DNA of 64,000 nucleotides from Geosiphon pyriformis uo1 (GCA_016748015.1 JAAOMT010000258.1:312173-376172), one strand, 5' to 3'; positions 38,405 through 52,643 are shown, counted from the stretch's first letter. The notes: generated by a model from the sequence alone, not told the origin. A program made the numbers and translations.

Positions 38405-41400
38405 CGTTGATATTAAACGGAAAAGTGAGACTATAGAAAATTGGTTCCATGCAACAAATAGCCTAGTTCTGTAAATATAAACAAAATAAAAGACTAGCCA
38501 CCCCATTCATCCTTATTAAGAAAAGATTTACTAATTGTTGTGCTTTGAATTTTAAAAAAAAATCAATGTTTAAAGGGTTACTATTATTAGAAGGTTTTTA
38601 ATAATTTTGAAGCATTAATTTCGCTTAAAATATTATTCAAGTTAACTATAATTAGAAATTCAAGATAAAACTATCAACAGCATGTGAAATATAAGAAATT
38701 CTTCACTTTAGTATTTGATTATGTAGCATCTATCAAACTTTAGTCAAACAATCAGTGCAAGGTTATGCACATAATCGCACCAACTTTTGCCAAGCAAAAT
38801 ATTATCAAAGTAATGATATTGGAACGATAGATTATCCAACACACTATTTTCAGGTTATTTGAATTTTCAAATCTAATAATTTAAATTACCTAGCCGGAAA
38901 TAACATCTATTTATTGTGATAATCATTTCAAATCAGTTTCTGCCCTAAAATACGTCATAAAATAAATATTTACAATTACGTTAATATTTGGGAGAAGTTT
39001 CACTTTTAAGAAAGGTTTTAACTTCAAATATGAAAAATTAAAAATTTCACCAGAAACAATCAAAATTCTTTGGTACGAAACATTTTAAGTTTTACTTGAA
39101 ACACTGTGAGTATGGCAATATTTGGGAAATAGTCAAAGATAATATTCTTTAATATAAAATTTCAAAACGGAAAATTGTTGAATTGATGAGTTTTAACAAA
39201 CCAGTCAAATCTTAATAATCATTATCTATAGTAATCATGACCGTAATATTTTGTTCAGGATTTTCTGAAAATTCTAAAAAAGAATAATAGATTTAAGTTT
39301 TTAGAAAGTGTTAGTAACAGTAATAATAGCTCTAGATATTTTTATAATTATTTAGCGTTAAAAAAGAAAACGAAGAGTAAATGAATAATTCAAATCAGTC
39401 TTAATTAAAATATTCATTCATAATTTTTTAAAGCATAGGCATTTAAATTTTATTACAACTTTTAAAGTTAAAAATTTTTATTATCATCGAATTATTAGAT
39501 TTATTGTAACCTGAATAGTTTTTAAATTCTTGAATTATCTTGTAATTATTATTTATAATTATTTTTAATTGGATAAATTTTTAATTCACTTTTTTAGCAT
39601 GTTTTTAATTTTTTTATTTTTGCGAAAATATTAAAAGTTATTATACTAAATTTAAAATTTTATGATTTTAATTTTTTGATATTCAACATAATAATAAATA
39701 AAAAAAATTTAAATTTTAAAATAATATTATAATAATTTTTTTAATTCCATTTTGAACTTTTGATAATAATATATTATTTATTTTTTTAAAAATATATTTA
39801 ATAAATGAAATTTAATTTTTTTATTTGTGCATTTAAATTAAAAAAAAATGAAAAGTGTTTTATTTTAATATAATTTTTTTAATGGAATTTAGCTTATTCT
39901 AAAAAAAAATTTAAAATGTAATATTATACCTTATAGAATCAAAAAAAAAATTTTTAATAATTAAAAAAATTAAATAATTACAAAGATAAATTTTTTAAAT
40001 TTTTTTTTTTCTATATATTTATCAATTTTATAAAATTATTTTTGAAAAGAAATCAAAAAAGTGTTTTTAAAATCAAATACAATTTTTTTTTTATAAATTT
40101 CAATTATAATTTTTATTTTTTGAAAATCTTAATTTTTCACTTTTTATAAATAACTACTTTTCAAATTTAAGTGATTAAATGATAAATTTTTTTTTTCTAA
40201 ATATTAATTTATCAAATAATGATTCCTTAAAACTAAAGTTTTTCTGATTCGAGGCTTAGCATACAAACTTTATGGGTGATGATTATGGGAGGTTTTTTTT
40301 TTTGATAAAAGGAACAAAGTTTAAACAATTAGGCTGATTAGATTTTAGCTAAAATAACAATCCGCAGCACTTAGAAAATAAAGTCTTTAATTAAATTCAT
40401 GAATTTAAACCTACTATACTCGTATCAGCTAAAACTTTTCGTTAAATTTGGGAAATATCTAATCAAAAATTTTAAAAAATCTAATTTAGGAGGATTTAGT
40501 TTCGTACCCTAACTTAATTAGTAAAATGTGGAGCAAAAATTGAATTCTAATTAAATATATAAATATACGAAAATCACTACTTAATACTTTTATCCATTGG
40601 GTCTACTATGTTACTTTTTATTATACTAAAGAGAATTCCATGTTAGAAACCTCATTCGCAAATATTAGGAGATTTTCGTATTGCAGCTTGCTTTTTAGCT
40701 AACTATAACATAATGTTTCAATAGAGATTAACAATGTACATGTGTTATATTTGTAAGCAATGAAAAGTTGTTAACTTGAAAAGATTTAAACTTTATGTCA
40801 GATTTTTTAATAATAGGACAACTATTTCAATTTATATTTAAATTTCCAGTTAACTTTTAATCATTGAAATCACCCATTGAGGATTTGGTTAATACACAAA
40901 TATTGCAAATCTTCATATGGTAAAAAATTACAAAAATTTTAATCTTAATTAATGGTTACAGGGAAAAATTTTATTATATCACTGTTTTTATTTTTCCAAC
41001 CAAAATTTTTAATTTTTCAAGGTATTTGATACTTCCAAATAATTACCTTTTCCAAGAAAATACTTCGTCTTTCAGGAATTAGGTAATTCTAGACTCCACA
41101 CTCTGTAAAAGGATTCTAACTTTTAGCAAACAATAATAGGAGATATAGATAACCTTTTTAGTAAAAAATCGAGTAATTCTTACAGCTTTGGGTAAATATT
41201 ATTGTTATGAAAATTTATCTTTAATATCAGATTGTAAAGATGATCTTATAATTTTTCAATTAAAATCGATCGATAGATATGAGTTTCGCAATTTTTATAC
41301 AGACCAATTAAAATTCTACTAGAAAATAGCTAACACGTTAATGAAGAATAATATGAAGAATTTACTGTTGTTTTATATAATCGATCTCTTATTGACCGGT

Positions 41401-41952
41401 TTAATGAAAGGTTGAGTAAAAAATCGAGCCATTATCTTGCAAATCACTGATCGTTTTGCTACTTCAAAAATGATTTCAAATGGAGGTTTATTAAAGATTT
41501 GGAATAAATTAACACCCTTAATAATAATAATAATAACATAAAGTATTTAAATGATATTATCAGTTAATAAAACGAAAATTAAATGATAATTAAATAAAAA
41601 ATATAAATGAAAAAACAACACTCGTGTTTTATAGATTTTATTAAAATATTTTAATCTAAATTATTATTATTATTATTGTTGTTATTTTTGTTTTCAAAGT
41701 TTTTTTCGAAATTTTTGTGAAAAAAATTGTTATTAAAGAAAATTAAAGAATGAAATTAAATTCAAATATTTTTGTTACGTTAAAATTAATTTACTTTTAA
41801 ATTATAAAATAATTAACAAATGTCAATTTTTAAAATTTGTTACTTTTTTATTTTAAACTAATTATTAAACATTATTTGACTATATATTTTCTAATGCTTT
41901 TTATATTATTTAAATTAAATTCCTTATATTATTTAATTATTTCTTATTTTTT

Positions 41953-41984
<32 letters not shown>

Positions 41985-42006
41985 GTTTTTAATTTTTCTA
42001 TTTAAC

Positions 42007-42045
<39 letters not shown>

Positions 42046-43612
42046 TATTAATTTATCCATTGTGCATTAATTTTATTAAGTCATTTTATATAGTTTTATT
42101 GTTTAAAATTATTTGTTGGTTTGATCATTAATCTATTTATCAATTAACCTGTTGATCTAATTTTTATTTTGGTTATTGATTTAATTATAAATAAAACCTT
42201 ATAAAACTATAAAACAAGTTCATTTTTTATATCTTATTAAATTAATTAACAAATTATTTTTTTTGCTTTTCTGGTTTTTGTTAATAAAATTAACTTAATG
42301 TTATTTAAATAATTAATTTTTAATTTCTTGATTAAAATTAAATTAATTAACTTTATATAATTTATTATTATTTTGTTTATTATTTTATTGTCCATATTTT
42401 TATATATATATTACTATTTATTTATTTATTTTTTATTACAATTTATCATAGTATTAAATTTTACAATTAGAATTAATTATTGATTTTTTGATCTTTTATA
42501 AAACAAAAAAATAAAAATAAAAATTAATCTTTATTTATATTTTAAAAAATTACATTTTAAATAAAATTTCAAGAATAAAAAACTTGAATATGTTGTTCAA
42601 AATTTAAATTTAATGATATAAAAATTTAAAAAAAAATACTTTATATATTAATATTTTTTATTATTCTAATCAAAAAGCTTGTAGTTTTTTCTTGTTTTTT
42701 TTTTCAAAATAGTCGAAGATTGAAAAATTGGTTGCTAGAATAAAGAAAGATACATAATTTCTTTAACATTTGTACTCATTCTAATATTTATAAATAATTT
42801 TTTTTAAGATAAAATTTTTGTAAAGTATATTAAAAATATAATTAACTAAAATTTAAAATTTTTAATATACTTTAAAACTTTTAAAACACAATTTATAGAA
42901 AGTTAGAACAAATGTATTTGCATTTAAACTCATTGTTTCTCATTATTTTATTGATTTTCAAAAATAATAATTTACCTCAATCTAAAATAAATAATGCTAT
43001 TTTAAAGCTGGTAAAATTTTTAATAAGACTTTCTATATTTAAAATGTTATTAATGGATTGAATTCATTAATCGTGAAAGATTAATTTTTCATTTCAATAT
43101 GTTAATTTCTTACACAAAACCAGAATTCAGAACCATTAGTAGGTATAACTGAGAATAATTTACAAACTTTATTATTATAATTTTATGAAAATTTTCATTT
43201 TAAATTGTTTCATCTCTTTAAAATACTTGATATTTAAAAAAATTCATGCATAACCCTTTGATAAAGTTTTTTTTTTCTTGATTAGTTACTTTTAGTTTTC
43301 AATTATATTTGTTATAGTAAATAGTTCTCTTTGGTACATTTTCAATATTATGACTCGTGGTCAATATCAATAAGTTGGAATTATAAATTAAAACCTTTAG
43401 TTTTAATGTTACTTATATTTTGACTTCAAAATCAATAATCAAAAAAGTTTTAGTTTATCTGAATTGATAAAAAATAATAATTTAAGCTTCAAAATAAATT
43501 ATTAACCATATTTAATTGGTGTGGAAAGAGATTTTTTTTAGAGGTAAAATAATTTAAAATGAGACATCATCTTTTTAAATTAAATAATAAGCTAATATAT
43601 CAATATTTTTAC

Positions 43613-43730
43613 AACTACGGCCATAAATAGTGAAAAGCACCGGGATCCGTCCGATCTTCAAAGTTAAGTCACTAATAGCCCTGTCAGTACTGTGATGGGG
43701 GACCACGCAGGAATACAGGGTGCTGTAATT
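43613..43730 (+). rRNA. 5S rRNA gene, solitary/dispersed (possibly a slightly decayed copy)
   Basis: 118 nt, AACTACGGCCATA...CCGTCCGATC..AAGTTAAG...AGTACTGTGATGGGGGACCACGCAGGAATAC...GTGCTGTAATT. Helices tagtga/tcacta, ccctgt/acaggg and ctgtg/cgcag pair. Box A and box C are present, and the end runs into a T4 tract. Confidence 0.93.
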
Positions 43731-44395
43731 TTAGTAATACTTCTTCAAGGTTAATTTTTGAGATACGACCAATTTTTATTTTCTTTTGGGTCAAGTATCC
43801 CGTCCAATTTATGATTAGGATTTGTTGAAAATTAATATTGAATCAAGTCCCGATTTTATTTCTTTTACTCGTGAAAAAAAGAATGATTTAAAATGTTAGA
43901 TTTCAATTTTAATTTATCTATAATTTAAGTATGAAAGAAATGTTGAATTTAAAAGATAAATTTCAAAAAATAATTTTAAAAAATATTAACTCAATAAACT
44001 TATCAATCACATGTGTGATAACATTATCAAAAATTTCAAGAAATTTGTCCTATAAAAAAGCCAGTTAATAAGTTATTCGGATATTAAAAATATTGCAAAG
44101 TAAATTTGATTATTGTTTTTCTTATTTATCTCACATTATTGAAATTTAAGACCATATTTAATAATTCCGATCAGAAATCGTGGAGTAAAGTCAAATTAAC
44201 TTCAATGTTAATAAATTGTCAAAGTGAAATAGTCTTTCTTATTTTATTTCAATTAATAACTTAAAAAAATTAATCTATTTGTTTAAAAATAAATAATGAA
44301 GAAATCGCACAGTTGTTGACAGAGTAATTGGTTTTGCCCAATGACGATTGACATATAAAATCACTCAATTCTTATTTTTTCAAAATATTATATTA

Positions 44396-44442
<47 letters not shown>

Positions 44443-45171
44443 TTTATTTTTATTATAGCATTAACAATAGCAAATAATATAAATAATAATATTTAAATTA
44501 TTTATTTATTTTAATATAGTTAATAAATTTCTCATTCATTAAATATTTAAAAACTGTATAGTAACAAAAATAGTAACTTATTTTAGAAAAAAAAGATTTT
44601 AAAGAATTTTACACTCAATAATTTGTTAATAACTTGGTTAAAATTGTAAAAACATATATATATGAAATTCGTGAAAAAAATAAATTGCATCTTTACAAAT
44701 ATTACTATAAATTTTCTCATTATTATTATTTTTTATTAATATACATCATGATTTTTATTTTTCATTCCACAATTTAAAAAACCCAAATCCTGATTCAACT
44801 CGAATTCGATATTTTGTCTGTCGATCTTCATCATGTTCACAACCCACAGTGGCTCAGCCACTATTCAGGTATGCGCATAATATAATACTATTGTTTAAAA
44901 TGAAGCTCAGTTTTATTTATTATATATGATGACTTCTTTTATGTGTGTATTATAAATCATAGCTTCTGCTTGGCGGTGCATCATGCGACAACTGTGCCCA
45001 GAGTACGCGCAAATGATGATCAGAAGCATCAATCCGTTTTGAATAATAATTTGTAATATTACAATTATCCTGTCAGAAGTTTCAAATAGTAGTTTGAACT
45101 TATATTTTTGAAATACCCGAAATTTCACTTTAAAATTTATTTTTATCCTAGAAACAAATCACCTCATAAAA

Positions 45172-47361
45172 ATGCCACCTGCGAGTCCAATTTGGGCCCA
45201 TTTCACGAAAATTGGGCGTGTTGTTGGCTACGAACAAGAGCGAGCCAGATGTAATTATTGTGGGCATGAAATGAATGCCGCAGTAAGAGCTGCTAAAATA
45301 CATTTAGAAACATGTATAGAGGCAAGTGACGAGATTCTTCAAGGATTTTTTGGGGAAACCTGGGTGCGACGTAGACCAAATCGGTACAAAGAGCCTGGCA
45401 GAGCACATACCTCTTTGGCTAGTAATGCTCGCCTTGTTTCAACCTCAGTAGCCCCCCCATCAGCTAGTAATACCGTTTCTTACACAATTCCACAAACTTC
45501 GCGCGTTTCCTTACCACCATTAAATCGATCTAATAATTCAAATCAAAATCAAACCAAGCAATCTTTTGCTGATCGAATTTCTATAAATGAACAAGAAGAA
45601 CTTGAATTGTTATTTGCCCAATCGATATTTCGATGTGGATTGACTTTATCGCTCCCTGACTTGCAACCGATCAAAGACGTTTGGAAGCGAGCTAGGCCAG
45701 CATTTATATTACCATCGCCTAAAAGAATTTCGACTTCCTTGCTCAATCGCGTGTACGAGGACACGAATCTAGAAGTCAATGCTCGAATTCAAAATGCTGA
45801 GAATTTGTGCCTGATTTCCGATGGGTGGTAGGTTATTATAATGATACTATTTCCCCAATTTAGATTTTAAAAATTAAGGTTCTCAGAGCAATTGAAAAAA
45901 TTTTCTTTAGGACAAATATAGTTAAAAAAAACTGGACTAATTATATCCTGACCACACCAAAGCCAGTTTTTCTTTCTGCTCAGGTAACTGGATACACTCG
46001 TCAAGATGCGGATAAGATGGCTCAAGAGCTGGAAAAAATAATTAACAAGCTCGATGTATCGAGGCTTTCAGCAATAATTACAAGCACAGGATCCGTTACG
46101 AAAAAAGCCTGGCGAATCTTGGAACCCAAATATCCCAGGACAATTTTTGTTGGCTGTGTCTCACATAGTTTACATATTTTGATTCGCGATATATTGAACC
46201 TTAACTGGGCAATAGAAGTCATGAATGGTGCTCGATATATTGTCAAGCTCTTCAAGAAAGTTCCGGTTTCCGCTGCTATATTAAAACGAAACCAATTGGC
46301 TCAATATGGAAATATAATCTCTCTGAAACCTCCAAGAAAAAAGGGATGGGTTTCGAAATTTTTTTGTTTGAAATCCCTTCAAACCAATAAAGTTGCTTTG
46401 AACCTTACAATCTCTGAGCTAGAGAACACTTCAAATATAGTGGGTGAAATCAAAACAATTTGCTTGGATGATGAAAATTTTTGGAATGGAGTCGATTTAC
46501 TGGTGAAGGTCCTGGAAAAATTGATGGAAGGAATCAAATTATTTGACAACGATGAGCCACAAATGTCGAAAATATACGAATGGTACACTGATCAGTTACG
46601 ATCCGAAGGTATGTTTCTAATATTTGAAAAATGTTATTTATTTAAGGATCATATCGACACTTCCTGACCAATTCTCATTGCTCATAGATTTTGTATTTCA
46701 TCCAGTCAATAATTCTATTAGGGATATTATGGAGACACGGTGGAAGAAAATCTACCATCCAGTAATGCAAGTCGCATATCTCTTGGATCCTGAACGAATG
46801 GGTCGGCATTTGCCTCCAGATGCAATGACCACACTCGCCCAATTTATTCAGAAATATTACCCAACTGAAGGCCAAACCTTCTGGGCACAAATACTGCAGT
46901 ACAAATCTCGAACCGGGCCATTCGATAATCTTCTAGCCTGGAATACCGCAAGTACAGTTGATCATGTCACCTGGTGGCAAGGAAATTTTAAATTAGCCGC
47001 CCCAGAGCTAACCCAGGTTGCTACACGTATCCTCACAATTCCCACTGCTTCGCCTGCGTCAAAACGTAATTGGTCAGCTTTCTCATACACGGATGATAGG
47101 AAAATGAATCAAATTACAAGTAGTCAATTTACAAAGCTACTTTATATATACAGCAATTATCAAATGCAACAACCATTCAAAGTTCAAATGGAAGCTGTTT
47201 TAAACGGTGATGAAAAAATGGGCGAGGTTCAAAATCAAAAGGAGGCCGATGGAGATGAATATGAAGATTTTGAAAGTGATAATAGTGAGATAACCGATGG
47301 TGAAAAGATGAATTACGATGTGAATACCGAAGATGAAGAAGAGGTCCTTGAAAATTTTTGA
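45172..47361 (+). CDS. hAT-transposase-derived ZBED-like protein (BED finger + DUF659/RNase H-like + hAT dimerisation domain); exons 45172-45827, 45911-46608, 46688-47361
   Basis: BED finger IWAHF...RCNYC...HLETC; LISDGW/TN; GCVSHSL (CxxH); AYLLDP; TWW...PEL.QVA.RILTIP..S.RNWS. The frame is intact across two GT-AG introns and ends in an acidic tail. Confidence 0.9.
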
Positions 47362-50262
47362 AAACCATATTGGAATTGGTGAATAAAATTTTACTTTGAT
47401 ATTTGAAAAATCCGCACACAATTCGATGAATTTGATTTATAAAATACTAAATAAAAAACCAAAAATCGGGACGTTTTTGAAACGAGGAAACATGACAGTT
47501 AGGTAGGGTTCCTCTTAGGTTCCAAGCATTTTGCCTCAGGATGCCACTACAGCGTTTTCCAATAAGTTAATAAATAATTTGAACTTAAACTCTTCCTAAA
47601 ATTTATTTCTACTAATAAATTTCAATCGAAGGTCACCAGTTTAACTACTGCATTTTTAGAAATCGGCCTAATTAATTGTTTGTACCTGATAAATATAAGT
47701 CTAGTTTCCTGATGAGGGAAAACTTTTTAAATTCAGGTTTCACATATTATGATGCTGGTAGTACATACAATACTGGATTGTGTAAAAGGAGGGGAGCATA
47801 CACATAAACTATCAAAAGTATCATTTCGAATCATTTTATACAACTTATAAAGGACTTAAAACATTGATTTCTTTTGAACAGGCAACTAAGGCTATGTCTT
47901 TTAGCCATTTCTTTTGACAGGAGCAAGTGTATATTCATTTTGGACAAACCATAAACTTAGTAGCTGGTTTCGAAATTCTCTCATTGAGAGTTTTGCGTTT
48001 AGATAAACTTATTTGTTTTTGATATCTTTCGGCTAAATTTGATGGCAAAAATTGAATATGTTCAAGGATGATTGAAACAAGGCATGCTTTAATATTTCTC
48101 AAATGAGCAATAGATGATGTCCTGGTTGTTTCCTTTTATTTTCTAGTTTTATTGATTGCAGAAGTAAATAAGCAGATTATATTTTTCTGATTCTTTTTGA
48201 AAATAAAGCCTTAAAAACAGACAAAAAAAAATTGAGGGAAAATGATGTTCAATTTTTTGTAAAAGGGTAAAATTTCTCAATGCATAGCATTATTATTAAA
48301 AGACAAACAATAATGCAGATTCAGATTTTGAAAATAAGCCACTTCTGCTAAATATTAGAGCCTGCATCATAAAAGCCTGAATTGTTTGGAGAACTGGTTT
48401 TAAGATTCTTATTTTGAGCTTGAATTTGTAACTAATGATCTATGCTTCAGGAATTCATTAGGGCATAAGCATCCAGTTTTGTAAAGAAAGTCGGTATTAA
48501 TAATCTTGTTTAAAAAATTGGCCGCCACAAAAGGAAATAGGCGTATATGATTGGAAAATAAATGGCGAACAATGAAGTTGATAGCAAGATCAGTTAACTT
48601 GATAGAAATATTTCTCGCAAAAGGAAAAGCTCAAACCTAAATTCTGTCGAATGCTATATGAAAAATCCTCTAGTAAGATGATTCTTACCAAGAATTTAAA
48701 ATTTAACATTTTATAAAGAAAAAGGAAGTGTAAGCATTACCACATAATCAGAAGTAAAAGTTATTTTGGTTGCCAGTAATAGATGGCTTGAAAATGTTAA
48801 TTTAAAAGGGTCTTTCCAGAAGATAAATGCAGCATTGAAACATATTTTGAGTGAGAAGGGTTATCATATTAAAACTTCAATTTTTCTATCATGAACGTAT
48901 TTGTATCTTTTAGTCTTCTAACGAAACTATTATTAGAACAGGTTTTCAAAACGGGTATTAATAGTACCCAGGAAACAGCCAGATTCGAGAATAATAATTG
49001 TTAAAACCATGCAATCATTCCTTGGCAAACTTGGAAATGGTTGTCTGGTTTGTCAATTAGCCCTTATCTTGTGCTTTCTTTAGGATATTTTAATGGTCAT
49101 GACATACATTTTTATGATATGAAATTCTCAAAGTTATTTACATTAAGGAATCATGATAGAAACAACCCAACAAGTGAAAATTGAACGAGAGCATCCACAA
49201 TATTAGTAGCTTTAAGGTATAAACCTCGTTAGCTGTTTTATCTGTTTTCTGCTTTCAGTGTATAGTCAGTAGTTGTTTAATAGAAAGATATACGGGATGG
49301 GAGTTTTGCTTATAAAGATGATAAATTTGCTATTTGAGTTTTCAAGTGAGCAAAAATTTCTCGATAGCTATTTTCATATATTTCGATTTTTATGCACAAA
49401 ATAACCATTCAATAAAAAAAAGAATATCCTAAGCTTATTTTTCAAAAAATTTATAGCTTTTCTTATTTCGTATATGAATTTCTGGTATTGATTGAGTAAA
49501 ATTAAAAATGTAACTTGGGGTTTTGGAAAAAAATCTTAATTTCTAATTTCTTCAAGTTAAAAGTCATATAAGACTTGAAAAGGGTTTGCTTTTATCCTTG
49601 AAAATTTAACTTCCTGAATTAAAATAAATAAATTTTTTGGTGGGCTCCCTAAATAAAATATTTGTACTTAATTTGAAAACTTGAAACAAATTAATGGAAA
49701 GTTTAAAATAAAGGAAAACGTTTTCCAAAACTTGATTGAAATTGGTCGGTTTGAAAATTAAAACGTTGAATGGCTTTAATTTCCACTGTTCTATGCAAGT
49801 ATTGACGTTATTGCATCCTTATGATTAACCTGGCTTTGCGGAAAGGTTAAAATCTCGATTCGCTTTGCCTGAAGTGGATGAGTAGATTGTACTGAAATGG
49901 CGAATATTTTATGTTTAATTAAAGCGATTTGTCCTCATATCGCTTGGCGAATTAGATTCCTCTGGAAGATTACTCAAGTTGAATATACATTGGTCTAATG
50001 CTAGCGTTAATATAAAAATCTTAGGAGTCTAAATTTACCCTATTTATATGCTATCATGGGCTATATGTGTATTTTTATTTTCTTGATAAAAATGATCTGA
50101 ATTTATTTTAATATCTCTTGAATGAATATAGCTTTCAAACTGGGTTATTGTTACAAGGATTATTATGCAAACGAATTATTTAAAACGATAGAAACATAAA
50201 ATATGACGGAATGTCCTCGAATTATCGTTATAGAAAACACTTGTTAAATATTTGAAGAAAGC

Positions 50263-52075
50263 TCAAGCTTCATCAACGTACGTCTCAGCTGTTTCCTCAG
50301 AACTTCCAGTAAATACCCAATCGAAAATGGCACAGGTTTGTTGGGTAACTTCATCAATAGAGGCGTCACCATTTACCTAAGTTGTAAAAGTCGGATATGA
50401 AGAAACTATACCATTTCAAGTTTTGAATACAAAGATAATAGGATTACCTTTTGTACACGCCCATCCACATCATAATATTCAATGACTGGGAAGCTTGTCT
50501 CTTCAAAAATTTGGATTCGCCTAGATAAGCCCATGCCAAAATCAAACTTAATTTAATTTCAGCTAAAATATCTCAAAGGAATTTGGATGAGCAGTTTTTA
50601 CGTACCTTCGAATGGCTGTTAAATTATCATCCAGTCTTCCACTTGTTTCTCCTCGCTTAATTAACCGATTTACAAGAATTTCAGATGGACATTCAAAATA
50701 CAAGATAAAAGTACAATTTCCAATCTACATTTAATTTCCAAAATACAAATTAATCCATGTTTTTCGGTTTAAGTTGTAAATGCGAAAAGAACTTTAAAAT
50801 ACATACAGTAGTCTCGAATTCTTTGGCTTGATCCATAGTTCTTATATTCATAAAATTAGCAGCATTTTAGCAATAAAATAGTACATAATTTACAAGAATT
50901 TAATAAGGTTTACCTTGGAAAGCCATCAATCAAAAACCCCTTTTTATTTTCTGCTACTGCAACTTCCATTTTTTGCAGCAAAAGTCTTATTGTCACGTTC
51001 TGTTTTTAAATGCAGTGCGAGATGCTTTAGATAAATCATACTTTTATTAAATTTTAAGATATATATATTAGGAACCATACATTAGAAACAATCTTCCCTT
51101 CTTCCATGGCCTGCTTAATTTCTTGTCCTATCTCTGTACCGCTGCTTACTTCTTGTCGTAATAAATCTCCAGTCGAGATATGAGCCATTTCGTACGTCTC
51201 CACCAACTTTTCACATTGAGTGCCTATGCAATAAATTACCGTAGATTAATTTGGATAAAAATTATGCTAATTTCATTTGAATTCTCATTATGATCTTTAC
51301 CTTTTCCTGAACCAGGGCCACCTTGAAATACAAAATTTAAAAAATAAGTACCACAAAAAATAAAGAATCCTAATTTTACGAAATGAAAATACCTAATACA
51401 AATACAATTAAGCAATTATCAAATGGTAATGACTCGCGATTAATCGTCATGTCACTTGAATCTGGGCCTGATTCCTTTGAAGTATTTTCAGCTGAATTTG
51501 AAGCATCATCGAGCAGGTTTGCATCAACCGCCGCAGTCTTCCTTTTGCCGAAAAATTTCCGCGCATACCATGGGGGTTGTTGTGTTGGGGTAATCGGTTT
51601 TGGAGGCACAGTTGTTAGAGCTTCTTCCAAGGGCAAACTAAAATTTTCAAATAAAATTTGGTTAGAATAATAATTCTTATGGCTGTTTAACAATTGCTTT
51701 TTTAGAGAGCAATTCCTTGAAGTCGTGTTCAAAATTTAAATATATTACTCATTTGATTTGTTGATAGAAAAGTTCAGAAGTTATATTCTTAAATTCACAA
51801 CAAAAATGGTCATAGAGATTCCTTTCGATAAAAATCATACCAAGTGCAAAAAAATCCATATTTCAGTGAAAAAGGAAAAGCATCCGGAAGGCATTGAGTC
51901 GGTGCAGTGTCATCTTCCGCGAAATGTCCTTGATTCCTAAAAGCAATTAAAATCACAAAATAAGGTATAAAAATATTGAACTATTCATCACTAAATTATT
52001 CAGAAACTTTCTAAAACTTAGCACGACTGAGATCAATTTTTTCCAAAAAGTGATTGAATTCGATTACCGTGTCAT
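50263..52075 (-). CDS. Short-LID adenylate kinase (AK1/UMP-CMP kinase family) with ~110-aa N-terminal extension; 10 exons (52075-52068, 51936-51841, 51637-51393, 51321-51301, 51223-51081, 50999-50914, 50840-50807, 50724-50606, 50520-50448, 50376-50263)
   Basis: Spliced motifs IVFVLGGPGSGKGTQC, HISTGDLLR, GFLIDGFPR, RLIKRGETSGRLDDN, RIQIF..PVIEYY. The three 5' exons join in frame; they are less certain than the core. Confidence 0.9.
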
Positions 52076-52643
52076 TATTAAAACTGGTAATTGACGTTCA
52101 AATGGATATTGATTTCTTTATTAATATAAAGAATTCAAATATTTCCAATTATAAAAGTTATTAAGAGGCTTTTTGCGAGTAAAAAGAATAGAAATCAAAG
52201 CTGCATGAATAGCTAGTTTGAGTATCCAACGCTCCTAAATTTTTAAGAAATAAAATGTAATTAAACTATTCCATCGCACTACGGCAATTTTTGAAGAATA
52301 AAGTGGTCACATTATAACACGACATTCACATCCTGATCCAAATAGGAGAATAGAGAAGAATAAAAATCATTGGTGGTGAAAAGTAAGGGATAAAGCGAAC
52401 TTGAAATGATCACTGTTCACAAAATGTGGTGGCCAATTGTTTGTACTCATTAAACATTACGAATAATGGATCCCATCATCTTAAAAATTTTGTCGCGGAT
52501 TAGCATGTTGCATCAGCGTATTTCAAAGTGATATAGATTTTACAACCAAAAATTTACATATACTAGTAAAACTACTGAATTTTGTATCTTTTGATGTATA
52601 AAAATGAAGCAATTTTAGCTAGTGAAAAAAAAATATAGCTTAT

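Noticed and set aside
40900-41520. Possible gene remnant
   Set aside because: Only short broken frames with no identifiable motif; cannot be supported.
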